In this document: positions 32,027 to 45,962 of the stretch, piece after piece
Numbering within the stretch: position 1 is the stretch's first letter
How the letters are laid out: each line of letters starts with the position of its first letter
From: Trichoplax adhaerens
Taxonomy: Eukaryota > Animalia > Placozoa
NCBI RefSeq assembly: GCF_000150275.1
Contig: NW_002060943.1
Span: 5,290,008 to 5,354,007, forward strand
Reading direction: 5' to 3'
DNA length: 64,000 nucleotides
The notes under the pieces: model-generated
The model's database searches: none
Told to the model about the DNA's origin: nothing
What the model saw: the letters and a program-made list of their open reading frames with translations, nothing else
Program-made: the position numbers and the translations under genes

Positions 32027-35000
32027 TTAGCAACATCGACTGTTAGATCTTCTAAACCGTCTTGGTTTAAGGCTATCTACTTTGATAGAATCATTGATAT
32101 TGTTAGACGATATAGTATCTTCTTCATTCCTTGCTTCAAGTAAGTGTCTAGATTAATAAAAGTATAAAATTTTGTTAATTGCAAGATCAGCTACGCAATT
32201 ATTTTAAACCAGTCGATAGACTCATCGATCTGCAAACACGCACTAAAAATTTTCATCACCTTGCTAGTTGATGACATGTTTCAAAAACATGCTCTCCAGT
32301 CCTTGCACTTGTTTCAGCATACATTGCATTATGATCCTGTACAATTATAAGATCGTCAATAAAAGAAATTTAAGAGTAAAAAATCAAGTTATACTCGTCT
32401 AGTAACTTATAAATTTGAATTAGACTAATTATTTGATAAAGATCTTACGAAAGCCATCTGGAATCCATCTTCTATGCTAACTTTTCTTTGATCCGATATA
32501 TCTAACTTATTACCAACCATTATAAGTAAAGGTGGATTTTCTACCCAGTCCTAGTTATTATTATCAACATAGAGTAATTGGTTATTGTTAACATTATACC
32601 AATTCTATTAAGATATTTATAGAAATGGTATGAAAGTGAATTTTCGAATTTTTTATAGCTACAATAAGATGATCGCATCGGTACTAAAAGCAAGAAACGA
32701 CCAAGCAGTAGGTGTATCATGTTTGAAACTAAACCCTTGAAACTATGAAACTTTTAACCTACCTCAATATGTGAAAGCCAAGTCGGAATGTTTTCGAATG
32801 AGTCTTTGCTGGTAATATCAAACAGGGCAATTATTCCATCGGCTCGACGAAAGTAGGACCTAGGTAAGCTATCAAACCTACGTCAATAGTAAAATAGGCA
32901 AACATCAATCTTGGATATCCTGTGTTCCAAAAAGTGTTTCAGATATTTGCAACAGATATAGGGTAAAACATTATTCTCAATAATAGACACCATATCAGAA
33001 TTCGAACATAAAAGCTTTCCGTTAGATACAGTATGCATTTACTTATCATAATTTGTAAATTCTAATTAGCAGTATTGAGTTAATTCTTTACCTTTCTTGA
33101 CCAACGGTATCCCAAATTTCTAGCATAACGACTTTATCATCAATAATAACAGGTTTATTATGCAATCCAGGATCTGTTCATTGTGGATTAAAATAATCAT
33201 CTTAAAAGGTTAGAGTTTAATCTTTTAATCATTTTACAGAAATTAGCTCCTTTGTCTTAATAATTAAAATTATTCACTGAGCAAAGTCTGCTTTAGAGAT
33301 ACGCAATAGATTAATTTATTTAATCCTATTTGACTATCTAATACATAGGAATACAACTTGGATCTAAAGGTTATAAAATTGCAATAACATAGGTAATGAT
33401 TTTCAGAATAAATTATCTAATAATTGCGAAAGTAATGTTGGCAGATTATAGAGTTAACTATGATAGAAAGAATCAATTGTAACATTAGTTGAGTGATTTC
33501 ATTCTAGATTATCTTTTCGTCATGGGCATTAGAAAGCAATTAATGATTACACCTCCCGATATCTAAGGTACGAGTGAAGATGAAATTCTTTCATACTTCT
33601 AATGGTAACAGATTTAATTATAAAGCTTAAGTCAGAAGTAGTTCATGTGTACTTGCCAATTGTAACCCGCTGGAACTGATCGAAGTTATGATGGCAAAAT
33701 CGATTAATAAAACTGGATTTTCCAACACCAGAATCTCCTACCAGGATAATTTTAAATATTTTCATTGCTGTCATCATGGTCACATTAACCTAAGTTAGAT
33801 AGAAATAATAGAAATTCTGCAATAAATTTATGATGTTGTGAAAAATAAACCGTGGATTTACGAATTAAAACAGTTAAATTGTAAGAAATACATATCTTTC
33901 ATCTCATTTACCTCGACATTTGTCTCAACAACATCTGTTAAACCATCAACTGTATCTTTTTTATCGGAATTCATCAATTTATCCTTTCTATTTTGTTGCC
34001 ACGATGCGCTAGTTAGTAGTGAGCGTACATCATCACTCACTTTAACCTGGGAAATTTCTTCGTGAGGATCAGACTGTTTATCTTCATTATCCGTTTGATT
34101 TAATAATACATTTTCATCATTATCTAGCTGCCAGCCCTGTAAAAATCATTAAACAGCTTTTATGGATGCTAAAAATTCGTATATATTAAGTTACGACTAG
34201 GGTCCATTTAGGATCAGAAAATGATTCAGAGTAAGCTTTTACTTCTCAATATCTAAATTATACGAAAATATCATCATTGGATTATTGTCCAAAATGAAAA
34301 AAAGGAACAAGAATTCACCTCTTCCTGATATCTTTTCAATTTTGCCGTTCGAGCTAGTTTAATAAATTCGTCCCATCCCTGAATAATTGCTCTGAATGTT
34401 AAAGAATTATTTATTTATTAATTTACAAGAAATAATTAACTATTTTGAAATTGTTATGATGAGAGCAGCCATTCATAATTACGATGTTTACACTTTGACA
34501 TATACTGACTTTGCTATGATGAAATTAATCTTCTGTTATTACGATATTTATATTTAACTTATGCTAAAGTTTGCGATATGATAAAATCAATCTTATGGTA
34601 TTGCGATATTTATACTGTAACCCGCGATAAACTTTATTGTATGATAATAGCAATCTTACGATATCGCGATATTTATATTTAGCCAATGTTAAATTTTGTC
34701 ATAATAAAATCGTACTGTATATCATTACGATATTTGTACCTTAATCCTTACTATACTTTGTTATATGATAAAAGCAATCTTATATTATTATTTATATACT
34801 GTAACCCATGCTAAAGCTTGTTGTGACATAATCAATTTTAAGTTATTATGATATTAATACTATACATTAACCCAAGCCAAACTTTAACATATGATAAAAT
34901 TAATTTTAAGTTGTTACGATATTAATACTTCAACCCAGGCCGAATTTTAACATATGATAGAATTAATTTAAGTCATTACGATATTTATACTTTAACCCAT

Positions 35001-38000
35001 GTTAAATTCTGCTAAGCTAAAATTAATGTTACGTCATTACAATATCTACATATACTGTAACCTATGCTAAACTTTATCATACGATTAAATTAATCTTTAG
35101 TTACCTATTAGCGATTCCACCCGAAGTTGAAACGACCAGAGGTTCGACATATTTGTTTCGATTAAATAATTTATTATAATACGATTTCTTCTTTATAGGA
35201 GATGTTTCTGTTTTGATAACAACTGCCTGTAATGGAGTTGTATTCTCAGGTTGATTATCATCCGTTGAGCCTCTATTGATTTGAATTCTTTCACTACGCA
35301 GAGTAATGAAATTGAAAAGGTCGAAATTTAATTTATACTCTCCAATGTTATTTTAAGTTTTAGAAACTACGGATAATCCTAAATTAGAAAACTTCAAAAG
35401 CAGGCGTGAGAGTATTTATTACGATTAATACTTCACATATTATGCTAATAACTCTATTTTGGAATAGTTCTTAAGATCTCATGCTCGTTGATATTGACTA
35501 CTGTACACCGGATAACAAGTTGAAGCAAGTGCTAATGTTTTTAGGGGTAAAGAGAATCCTCCTATCTATCGGGTTATTCGAAGCTAGGAATTAAAACTTC
35601 CAGAATTCACTCATCGAAGCAAATCGAATCAATTAGTCAAATCGGAAAATAGATGTTACTGACTAGTAACAAAACACAAAAATAATTCAAAACTGATGTG
35701 TTACTAAACAGTAGCAAGATCAAGACTAACCCAAGCTCTTCAATCTACCAGCACACCAGCTGTAATTTCTACAGGCTTTTGCACGCAATTTATTCTCTAA
35801 AGTATAGCACATGAAGAAATAGCTAGTTGAACTAAATTATACTACTGGATATAAGGAACTGTATCTAAATGTTGATTGTTAGCGCTAACGTTAGCTATTA
35901 CATCAGCAATGAATAACATGACAGGTGCAAAATAATCTCAAAGACTTTGAAGGTTAGCGACTGTAATTTCATGATAGTGATGAAGAATATGAATTAGGAA
36001 TTAATACCTTATGATTTGTGTTCTATAGCAATTTTCAATATTACGTACTAGCATGAATTTTATAGTACATGAATATGTTATAGGTGGGTTTTCTAGCAAG
36101 CTATTGATTGGAAGTTTTTCTGAGATTGTACAAGGTACGAAATTAAATTAAATCTGTTAAAGAACAAAAATTATAGGATAAAACATTTTTAGATGTCTCT
36201 TAATGAGATGCTGTCCATATCATATGCATATTTATATACATTGTATATACATATACATATATATTTATCGATAGATAGACTTAAAATGTAGATAAATTTC
36301 CTCAAATAATTCATATATGGTAGTATGGAAGAAATCTTTCATTGATCTATTTCTTGCAATATTCTCGCATATATCACTAGACTGCAAAGGGATTTTCTTA
36401 AAGGGTTCAATAATGTAAAATCTATATATGGTAGAACAGAAGCAATAAATCACATTTGTAATATTCTAGTATGCAGATAATGTGGAAGGATTTTCCCTTA
36501 TAAAGATTTAGTAACGGGAAATTCATAAATGGTAGAACACAAGCAATCCCTCATTAATTCCCTTTTCGCAAAATTCTCGTATATACAGTACTGCAGATAT
36601 TGTGGGAAGATTTTCTCAAAAGATTCAATAACATGAAATTCATAAAAGTAAATGGTAATACGCAAGCAATCCTTCTTGGATTCCCTTTTTTGCAATACTA
36701 GGATAAAACTATGCTCTAATACTTACTCTGTCCTGACTGCAATGCAGATTAAACTCTTCTTGAAATTCTTTAGTATTTTTTCACCTTGTTCTTTTCTTTG
36801 AATAATAGTATCGTTGATGGAATAGATAATATCGCCAACTTTAAGCGGACTCTGTTCTGCTAAACTCCTCGATGTAATCTGTAGCAATCAAGTTGTAAAT
36901 TCATTATTAACAAGAAAGCAGCAGGGTATTTTCCACATTATACACAACATCAATGAGTTACCCTAAATCGTCTATTAATTATAGAAGAGTCAATTTGAAA
37001 ATAGAAATAACAACATACATAAGAAATATAGACGATGTGATCTTCATTTTCTCCCAAAACAAGGCCATAGCCACGTTTTCCTCCACGTAATAAAAGAGTT
37101 CTAATATTATTTAAGTCTTTATTCAAGCCTAGAGCCATTTTGGTTTTAGGTGCAATTTCTCGAATTAATTGTTGAAATGTTTGACGACTTTGAGCATCAT
37201 CATAGCTTGATATCATAATGTCTTCAGGTTTAATGACATTTTTCTCCTTCTCTTCTGCTGGATCGCTTGGTACCCAACCCTGGATAAGATTTTTACTTTT
37301 TCCTTCACCATCAGGTGATTTAGATAACGATTTAATAGCCCTAGTATGCCGAATTAATTCTTTTCTTTCCAAAACGATATCTCGCATACTTTTTTTCGAA
37401 GTTTTGCTGCTATTACTCTCTGATTCTGTACTAGCTGGTTGTTGTTTTGGGGGAAGTTCAACCAGTTCATCGACTAATTTTCGAAAGCGAGGGCTATAGG
37501 AATTTAATCCTGTTACTGCGTTAACAACGTCTTCATCTTCTGATGGCTTGCTTTTATTTTCGCTCAGTGATGATACTTCCCTTGTGGTGGAAATGACTTT
37601 TGTAACTTCTTGACTTTGATGTACAGATTCTTCTTGGCGCGATAATATCGAGCTATTGATTTGATATTGGTCATTTTCTTGCGTGGTTGTACTCACACCA
37701 TCCGCTATGGGTTGCTTCTCGTCCAGGTTAGATAGATCCATCGATGTATTTTCAGGTACTATTTGGCTTGGTGTTGTTGTAATTTTAACATCTTCTTCTG
37801 TAGTTTGAACTGATTTCTTCTCCACATTGGTTAAAGTATTGGAGAAAAGCGAATTCTTGCTGTTGATTTCATCCACTATTGCCAACTTAGTGGGTGAGAT
37901 ATCAGTGCCATTTTGATCAGCTAATTTATGCCGTTCTTGGACAGTAAGACATTCTTCCGTTTGGTATTCCATTTTAGTAATGATAACTTCCGTTTTAACC

Positions 38001-38284
38001 GTTTCTGTTCTTTGGATAACTTGTCTTTGGACTTGTACAGTATCGGAATCATGATTTTTATCTTTCGCAGTTCGGATTTCGGTCTGTTCGACAGGTAAAT
38101 TCGTTACTACTGAAATGTTATCGCCTGTCAATAAATCAGTTGGAACGATGGCATGGATTCCATTTTGTAATATTTGTTCCTTTTGCTTAGTAGCAGTTAA
38201 ATTTTGAATTTCATCGGCTAACTGATTATTTTCCATCTGATTTCCATTTTGTAGATGATGATCATGTACAGGTGATTGATCCAT
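32027..38284 (-). CDS. Large Rab GTPase with N-terminal disordered region and PDZ domain (PDZ-Rab), ~844 aa; exons 37019-38284 (5' end uncertain), 36727-36878, 35105-35293, 34319-34391, 33912-34136, 33657-33789, 33092-33173, 32763-32877, 32449-32550, 32260-32336, 32027-32147
   Basis: Ten consecutive introns are phase compatible with no stops. PDZ: RGGKRGYGLVLG...VYISY|ITSRSLAEQSPLKVGDIIYSIND. Rab: FKIILVGDSGVGKSS, WDTVGQERF, YFRRADG, VGNKLD, ETSARTG and a C-terminal RCC*. The start may lie further upstream (acceptor near 38317; the ORF is open to 38473). Confidence 0.83.
34475..35097. repeat. Degenerate minisatellite, ~60-bp unit, about 10 copies (intronic)
   Basis: Recurring ttacgatatttata...aacccatgctaaa...atgataaaattaatctt. 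Confidence 0.85.
36290..36700. repeat. Degenerate ~110-bp tandem repeat (intronic)
   Basis: Recurring aattcata.atggtagaaca..aagcaatcc and gcagata.tgtgg.agatttt. Confidence 0.65.
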
Positions 38285-38473
38285 TGGTTGCTTTAAAATT
38301 ACTTTCGAAATTTTCCCTATGCAAAGTAAATTGACCATTAATATGTTAGCGTTTGCTACAGCTGAAAGTATTTCTTCAGTCTTTCCTACACTAGACTTGA
38401 ATACTAATTTATGATTAACAGTCACAGATGCCATTACATATAATGAGAAATGATCCACTAAAATGAAGGCCAT

Positions 38474-39200
38474 ACATCTCTTATATTTACAGTATTAATG
38501 AAGACTTAATTCTGTTTCACTGAGCAAATTTCAAGACTACGTTATCGACAGTATACGATGGTCAGATAGTTTCCTTTATTTAAGCCTTTTGGAATAGGAT
38601 AATCTTAGAGAGCTCAACAAAATGTTACTAGAAGGAAGGAATACTTTATGTTGTCTATGATTAAAATTAGAATCAATTTAACGGACTTTACTTCTTTAAC
38701 TTTATATTAGATCATAACTAAAACTCTTATAGAATCTTTTCTAAACTCGATTTGAAAGCTAAATTAGAACGATAATGGGATACAGTCGCATAGGATGAGA
38801 AATGACCAACTAGAATGGAAGCAATGTGTCTCTAATATCTACAGTATTAATGAGAACTTTATTCTTGGAGGGCTTAATAAGATATTGCTCGAAGGGATAG
38901 AAGGAAAACATTGAGTTGTCTATGATTAAAGTGGACTGATTTGAACAGACTTTTTCAAGCTTACACTAGATCATAGCTATAACTTTAACCTTTTCTTAAT
39001 TCGATTTGAATGGTAAGCTACTTTAAAAGATAAAGGATGAATTGTATGGAACTCATATGAGATAGTATTAGCTAGAGTTAAGCCAATGCATCTCTAAAAT
39101 CAACAGGATTAATGATAGGTTTAACTAGAGTCCAAAACCATGCGATCGATAAGACAAGACGGTTAAAAATTTTTCCTTCATTGATGCATCTTACTAAAGG
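38474..39200. repeat. Degenerate 260-350-bp tandem repeat, about 3 copies
   Basis: tctct.a.at.tacagtattaatga occurs at ~38477, ~38828 and ~39090. gttgtctatgattaaa occurs twice. Confidence 0.65.
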
Positions 39201-41571
39201 ATAGTAAACAGGATAAATCTTTTAGACATTATTAGTAGTAATTGCGAAAGTACCATGACGTAGTGATAAATGAATTAGTCAAGAATTATTTTTAGTATAT
39301 TGAAAAAATTAAACCGCGATCAATCTATTCTTGCTAGCAGCTAGAAAAGATTAACTTAAATGCTAGCAAAGTAAGCTAATCTTGGATAAGTGCTTTCTAA
39401 GTACTAAGAAATTTTCAATGTATATTTGCGATATGAGGTATCTTTTGCCTGTCTATAAGACTATGCCTTCTTGATCATTTCTGCACCATCAAATTTTCTA
39501 ACTTCATGATCTCATTAGTAATTTAGATTGCTATCAGTACAGAATTTCTCAGGCTAGAATCAACATTTACTGCAGTGGCCATGCTACGGTACTACCATGA
39601 GGATGATTTATTGGATGCAAATATCTATCGTGGCCTACTGTGTTGAAGATTTATTTAAGCAGTTATAATTTATGCATAAATACAGCTATTAATTGCTTAG
39701 CTTGTTACTGATCTTATTCCACCTGGATTGAATTAGATATGGAGAAAAAGTTGCCATGTATAAGAATCAGCATTTATTGAATTAGCTCAGTGCCTCAGTA
39801 ACTATCTGATCGTGATTATGCTAGATTTTAAATGTTCGTGGAATAGCTTACTACGGGGTCATTAGGCAACATACTGGCCCTAAAAATGTTCCTGCTGCTT
39901 TTACTATCACAATAGCTACAGTGGTGGCGCTAGCTGGAATAATGATTACAATTTAATCATCATAAAATCGAATGTCAAAGGCTTACTGTAGGCAGTAAAG
40001 CAAACTGGACAGAATGTCAGAGATTTTATAGATGGCTACCACTGCAGTGATGCAAGGAGCCTTTTTCGATAGTAATATCTAATCCCTCAATTATTATTTC
40101 ATAGGTCTCAATTCTATCACTCAGGTGCTGTCATTTCTATTATAGATTAATATATGGCCATGAATCCCTCGAGAAGGGCTAAAACTGATTAGCAACGAAT
40201 AATATTTCATATCCAAATTTTGTAAAGGTGTATGTTAAGGAATATTAAGATTGTGACTAGACTGGAAAAGAAGAGATAGGTGGATGCAAATACACAAGAT
40301 GAACATCAATGCTAGTAGAATAGGAAGGAATATTTTCTATCTGCATTATTTCTGCATGATGGCAACATCTGTTGCTGCAATAACTATAGCCTATTCATCA
40401 CTCATGAGTAAAATAGAACATAATTTATTACCAATGATCTCTTCAATTGGATAGCGAGACTGAGATTGGAATCCGTTATGGCTACAGTAGAAGCGATGGA
40501 ATGGATATTATTCAGTAGCAATTTCTCACTTTTACCTTATCAATGGATTCTTGACCAACCTGACCTAGCAGGGAAACACAGCAATTTCTAGTTTCTAATT
40601 AAAAGAAAATCTTGATTTAATTTCTGGATTTGTCAGTATAAAGACGTTCATCTTATTCAGTTGAAATGATAGACATGAAGAAGGAAATCCTTCTAGATGG
40701 AAATGTTCGCCATAGGGTCATGTAGTCTACCGTACTTACTTTGGATAGGAGTTGATTGAAGTAGTTAAATTCTTTAATTTAGTGATGATGATGATAATTT
40801 ACTGACTTATAGTTAAGTTCTACGCTATCAAAATGTTCTTTTCTCGCTTACATCGGCAAGGATAATTAGATTGTATTCTTGCTATAGCTAAAACACCCTA
40901 AACAAGGCCATCAAAATAAAACGTTAACAATGGTGAAAATTAGTCAGCATAGCTCAAGTAAGACTGTTATTTTATTTTCTTCTCTTACCCCCCTTGATAT
41001 TTTGTCTGGCTGTAAACTAGAAAACAATTAATTGTATCAAGGATGGGCAAAGTTAATTCTATCATCAATAGCATTCAATTTTATAAAGGTAGTGGTTAAA
41101 TTGATTGACACTTTGAAGAATAGGCGAGAAAGCAGCTAATGAATACATATGTAAATGGATTGGATAGCAGACAATACAATTCTTCTTCACTTTAGAATAG
41201 AGCAATCGACGAATGTAGTGATAATTTTATCGTTAATGTTAAATACTCGATATCATTCTCAATTGATTTTCTTCCTTTTCTAATCTTACCTATTCATCAT
41301 AGTTAAAAAAATGATGGTTATATTGAGCAATATTAATTAGGCAAAAAGGGGGAAATGGTGGGACAGCCCATTCTCGGCAGGAAAATCACTACCTTGACTC
41401 TGGTCGATAAAAAATAGTTTAATTTAATAGAGAGCTTTCATTAATTATATTATCGTGACTTAGCAATAGGCAATTGGTAATTATGAATGTATTTGAGATT
41501 CTAAAATCTTATTCACAGCAGTAGTAGCCTATAAGGTTAAGAACATGACGCTTTAAATCTCCCGTCGATAA

Positions 41572-41670
41572 TTTCCGACTTAAGCACTTAAATCATCCTA
41601 CGATGAGATAATAAAATTCTTTCCGACTTAAGCACTTAAATCATCCTGCGATGAGACAATAAAATTCTTT
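41572..41670. repeat. Near-perfect two-copy tandem duplication (~48 bp)
   Basis: tttccgacttaagcacttaaatcatcct(a/g)cgatgaga(t/c)aataaaattct occurs twice. Confidence 0.9.
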
Positions 41671-41819
41671 CTGGGAAACTCCTAGGTCTAGGAGACGATA
41701 GCTAAATAAATTGTTGCTACATGCATTTCAGTGCCTATTTTGGACAAGTAAATAAGTAACGTTTAGAAATTATTCCTTCTATTAGTTGACTGTTTATTTT
41801 CTATTTCGCTGCAATGGTT

Positions 41820-42545
41820 AAAGCTAGATATCCATTCCTCTATTTTACCTCCATATCAAGATATCCGTATTTCATCCCTTTTGAATTACCTCATCTTAGC
41901 ATAAGAAAGTTATCTTAATCCCATAGAAATCACTTGCTAGCCTAAGTTTTAATTAAAGTTAAATATCCACACCTCTATTTCACCTTCATATCAAAATATT
42001 CCAATTTCATCCCTTTTGGATTATATCATTTTAGCATAAACATTTATTGAATCTCATAGAAAACATTCCTANNNNNNNNNNNNNNNNNNNNNNNNNNNNN
42101 NNNNNNNNNNNNNNNNNNNNNTCTACATCAAGATATTCGTACTTCATTGCTTTTGAATTACATCATCTCACGCATAGAAAAGTTATTTTAATCCTATAGA
42201 AATCATTCACTGGCTAAAATTTTAATTGGAGTTAAATGTCCATTCCTCTATTTCAATTCCATATCAAGATATCCATACTTTATCCCTTCCTGGATTACAT
42301 CATCTTAACATGATAAGGCTATTTTAATTCCATGATAAACATCCACTAGCCTATAGTTTAATGTACCCTAATAAAAAATCTACCTAGGTTCATTTAACAA
42401 GGACTACAAAATGTCTTATTCCATCAGATCATTAAATTACTAGATCAATATTAGATGGCCATTCCTCTAATTTTACCTCTTCATAAAGAGATATCTGCAT
42501 TGATCCCTTTTTAGATTACATCATCTTAGCTTAACAAGTTATTTT
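41820..42545. repeat. Degenerate ~135-bp tandem repeat, at least 5 copies, spanning an assembly gap (N at 42072-42121)
   Basis: Recurring ccattcctctatttt...catatcaagatatcc...ttacatcatcttagc. Confidence 0.85.
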
Positions 42546-43839
42546 AGTCATCTCTAGCCCAAATTTCTGAGTTTACTGCTACAAAATCTATCTTTGTGCT
42601 TTTGGAAGACAATTAAAATATTTTATTTCATTAGACGATTAAATATTTACTTCTTTCTACTCAATAATGGAATTTTATTATACATTCCTTAATTCGAGCT
42701 TGATCAAAATAAAAAATAATCTTATTCTATATTCCCAGAGATTTAATCATTTTTTGTTGATGCTCTTTCTATCATTTTTCTATCAATTACTGTATCTCGC
42801 TATATATTTATACGATCCGTATCCATACTGTATATTATAACAAGACATATATATCTTTAAAGACTAGTAAGAAATTTTACATAACGCCTTGTCCTATTAC
42901 ATGTATTATATAAAATTTTATCATACTAATGCTAAAGATAGATAAGCATGCAATGCCGTTTTCCCCTTTTAAATTTGTCAGTGTGGAATGAAATCTTTTC
43001 GTTTATGAATGTGCTGTCTTAATCCGCAGTAAATTATAGCCAGTGTGTCCTGGCAAGGAATTTGACTATTCTATATTGCAATGTTTAGCTTAATAAACGT
43101 TATTAAGTAGCTAGAAAACTCATTTACCAACAATTTTCCAGTCTATTCCATGGCAAATTTCTTCTGTCGGCTTATAGAAGTTCGATGGATACGACGATCA
43201 CGTATTCATATGCATTGCTCTATTTCCTATTGATCAACGCGTGAAGATACGGTAGCTACTTACAATTAGGTTAAAATGGGGTCTAGATTTATAGTATTAA
43301 CTTCTCAATTTGGAGTATTGGATGATCGGAGTATCCATTATAATTACAAAACTGATCCTATTTACTGCAACTGCGATGGCTGATTGATCATAGGCATCAT
43401 TACCGAGTTCTTCTCAGCCTATAATTCTCATAGAACGACGGATTATAGATCAATTATCCAAGGGTAAATTCTGTTAATAAAGAAGTATCCACGATGTTTA
43501 CATTCTTTTTTTAGCATCGATTCACAGTTACGCATTCTTTCATCCTCTTTCCATCTATGTGTGATATTAATTTGCTTTGCTTTAACCTATTAATATCGTC
43601 TTTAAATGTTCCCTTCTGTTTACTCTTATCACTCCACTTTTTATTATACCGCATCTATCATAAATTCGAGAGGATTGGTCTCTCTGTCCACACCTCGCTA
43701 CTGGGTGGGAATATGGGCCGGAGAAAGCAGAACACTCCTCCAAATATTGATACTATCAAAAAATTCCATTCTCGTATGCTCTCTGTAGTTTTAAGCATTG
43801 TGCAACGTTTGTACATTCGGGTAGCATCTCTTGTCCACT

Positions 43840-44530
43840 CTTGTATAATCTGCATACTACAGGTTGGTTTATTTAACTAGATGAAATGTAATTCAATGAT
43901 AGTATTTCATTGATCATCGAAAAAGTTTGGCTATTTTTTATCTACGCCATATTGAAATATATCCGACATTATCTTGTGTCCAGTCATGTATAATCTGCAT
44001 GCTACAGGTTGGTTTATTTAACTAGATGAAATGTAATTCAATAATGGTATTTCATCGATCAAGAAAAAGTTCGGTTATTTTTATTTATGCCATATTGAAA
44101 TATGAGCAGATAAATTATTATACAACCTACCTATATCCGATACTATCTTGTATCCACTTCTCTATAATCTGCATATTACCGGCCGTTTTTACGTAAACGT
44201 AAGCATGCTACCGGCTGATTTATTTAATAAGATGAAATGTAAATCAATGATAATATTTCATTGATCTTGTAAACAATTTCAGCTATTTTTATCTTTGCCA
44301 TATTGAAATATGAGTAGATGACACCACCAGTATAATTATTAAATATGTTACTTTCTAAATGAAAAAATAAATTGAAGTTGTCTAATGTATTCAATGATTG
44401 ATAAATTGGGTTGATAGCATTATCTTCTCAGATCTGCGTACAAAAATAGCCAAAATCGTTTCTATGATCAACGAAATACTATCATTTACTTATTTTTCAC
44501 CTAGTTAACAGATTGCGTTATCTACTCATG
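43840..44530. repeat. ~145-175-bp repeat: three direct copies plus one inverted partial copy
   Basis: tataatctgcat...tagatgaaatgtaattcaatgatagtatttcattgatc occurs at ~43844, ~43989 and ~44163. The reverse-complement copy aaaaatagccaaa...gatcaacgaaatactatcatt is at ~44440-44490. Confidence 0.8.
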
Positions 44531-44539
44531 TTTAAAAAA

Positions 44540-45140
44540 TTAAGCTCCTTTTGCTAAAACCCGAACTGATAATTGAACGATGTTGGAGTTTTAGATCTAT
44601 TTTTGAATTATGTTGGAAATCGAATCTCGATACTGTAATTGAATTAAGTGTAATCTATGCTTGTTTCCTTTAGTAATAGCGAAATATTAAAACCCTTTCG
44701 TATCAAGGTAACTGCCGATGATTGAGCGACGTAAGAATTCACAAATCTAATTCTATAGAGTACAGGAAATGCAATTTCAATATTATGATTTAATAATGGT
44801 TTAGCTATGCCCGTTTCTATCAGTAATATAGCAAATATTAAGCCCTTTTTATACCACGAATCTAGCTGATGTTGGGACAACGTAAGGGCTGGTAGACCTA
44901 TTTTCTGAAGAGTGCAGGAAATTGAGTTTTAATATTATGAATCAATAGCGCTATATCTTTGCCTATTGGTAATGTAGCGAAGTATTAAACCCCTTTAGCC
45001 ATGGCCTGAGCTGATTGAACGATATAGGAGTTTGTAGATTTATTTCTGAAATATGTTGAAAACTGAATACGAATACTGTAATTGAATTAGGTTTCAGTTA
45101 TGTTTGCTTCTGTTATTAACGTAGCAAAATATTAAATTAA
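44540..45140. repeat. Degenerate ~150-bp tandem repeat
   Basis: Recurring tagcgaaatattaaa.ccc, tactgtaattgaatta and caggaaat blocks. Confidence 0.7.
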
Positions 45141-45962
45141 CTACCAGTACTGGCATTAATAAAATTTTTATTCAGGCATCTTCGTTAACTCATTGATCTA
45201 CGCGTAGACATTAATTCAGTCTCCTAGCTCATTTATCAAGAAATTAGTTCTTGCAGAAAGCCCATCCATGCGTGCTTTTTCCGAGTCTCCTCCACGACCT
45301 CATTAATCAGCAAGATTGCTTGTAAGCAACTATTTAAGATAACTCAGTCAATAAATAAAATGCTTAAACCAATCAAGGTTAATTATAATGCTTTTATTTG
45401 CTAAGCTATGAACATTAGGCAGCGATTTATAACAAAAAATAGAATCGGAGCTAAATTTTGATTAAATTAGAATGATTGAAAGCATATTTTAATGAATAAG
45501 AGTGTATTTGTAAACATATCGCTCATAAATAAAACATTGATATTATATGATAGATTTACGATGAATATGATTTGATGTTTTCTTACTTTCCTTGCTTGGC
45601 TATAAGCGTAACAGTCATCGATGCGAGATATAGTATTAATCTTGACTATAAATTAAGTGTTTCATGCTTGTTTATGTAATGCATAGGTGTTTCTTACGAT
45701 AGAGATGGTGTTTTTGTAAAATTGTGTTCAATTTTTGATTTTCATTTGAGTAACGTGTTAAGATTGGAGACAGGTGAAGTTTACATGCTTAGAATACCAC
45801 TAAGTAAGATAGAACTTCCAGCTAAATAGTGGCTGTCTTCTGTATACTCAATAACGAAATTTCACATAGAATAGCATTAAATAAAGTGGAACTAAGGCTG
45901 AGTAGTGGCTATCTTTCTTTATATAGTCAATAATGAAATTCCACGTATGGATTGATCTATTT

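Noticed and set aside
36265-36695. Two 62-65-aa ORFs with repeated motifs suggesting a repeat protein
   Set aside because: They lie within an intronic degenerate DNA repeat of the PDZ-Rab gene, and the frames are not preserved between units.
43557-43880. Three overlapping ORFs (60-107 aa)
   Set aside because: No recognisable motifs or supporting exon chain, and it runs into a repeat array. A UTR or upstream exon of the PDZ-Rab gene cannot be excluded.
38285-45962. One giant gene with two Rab domains
   Set aside because: The upstream Rab ends in its own CCL* prenylation motif and stop codon at 45963, so two genes is the simpler reading.
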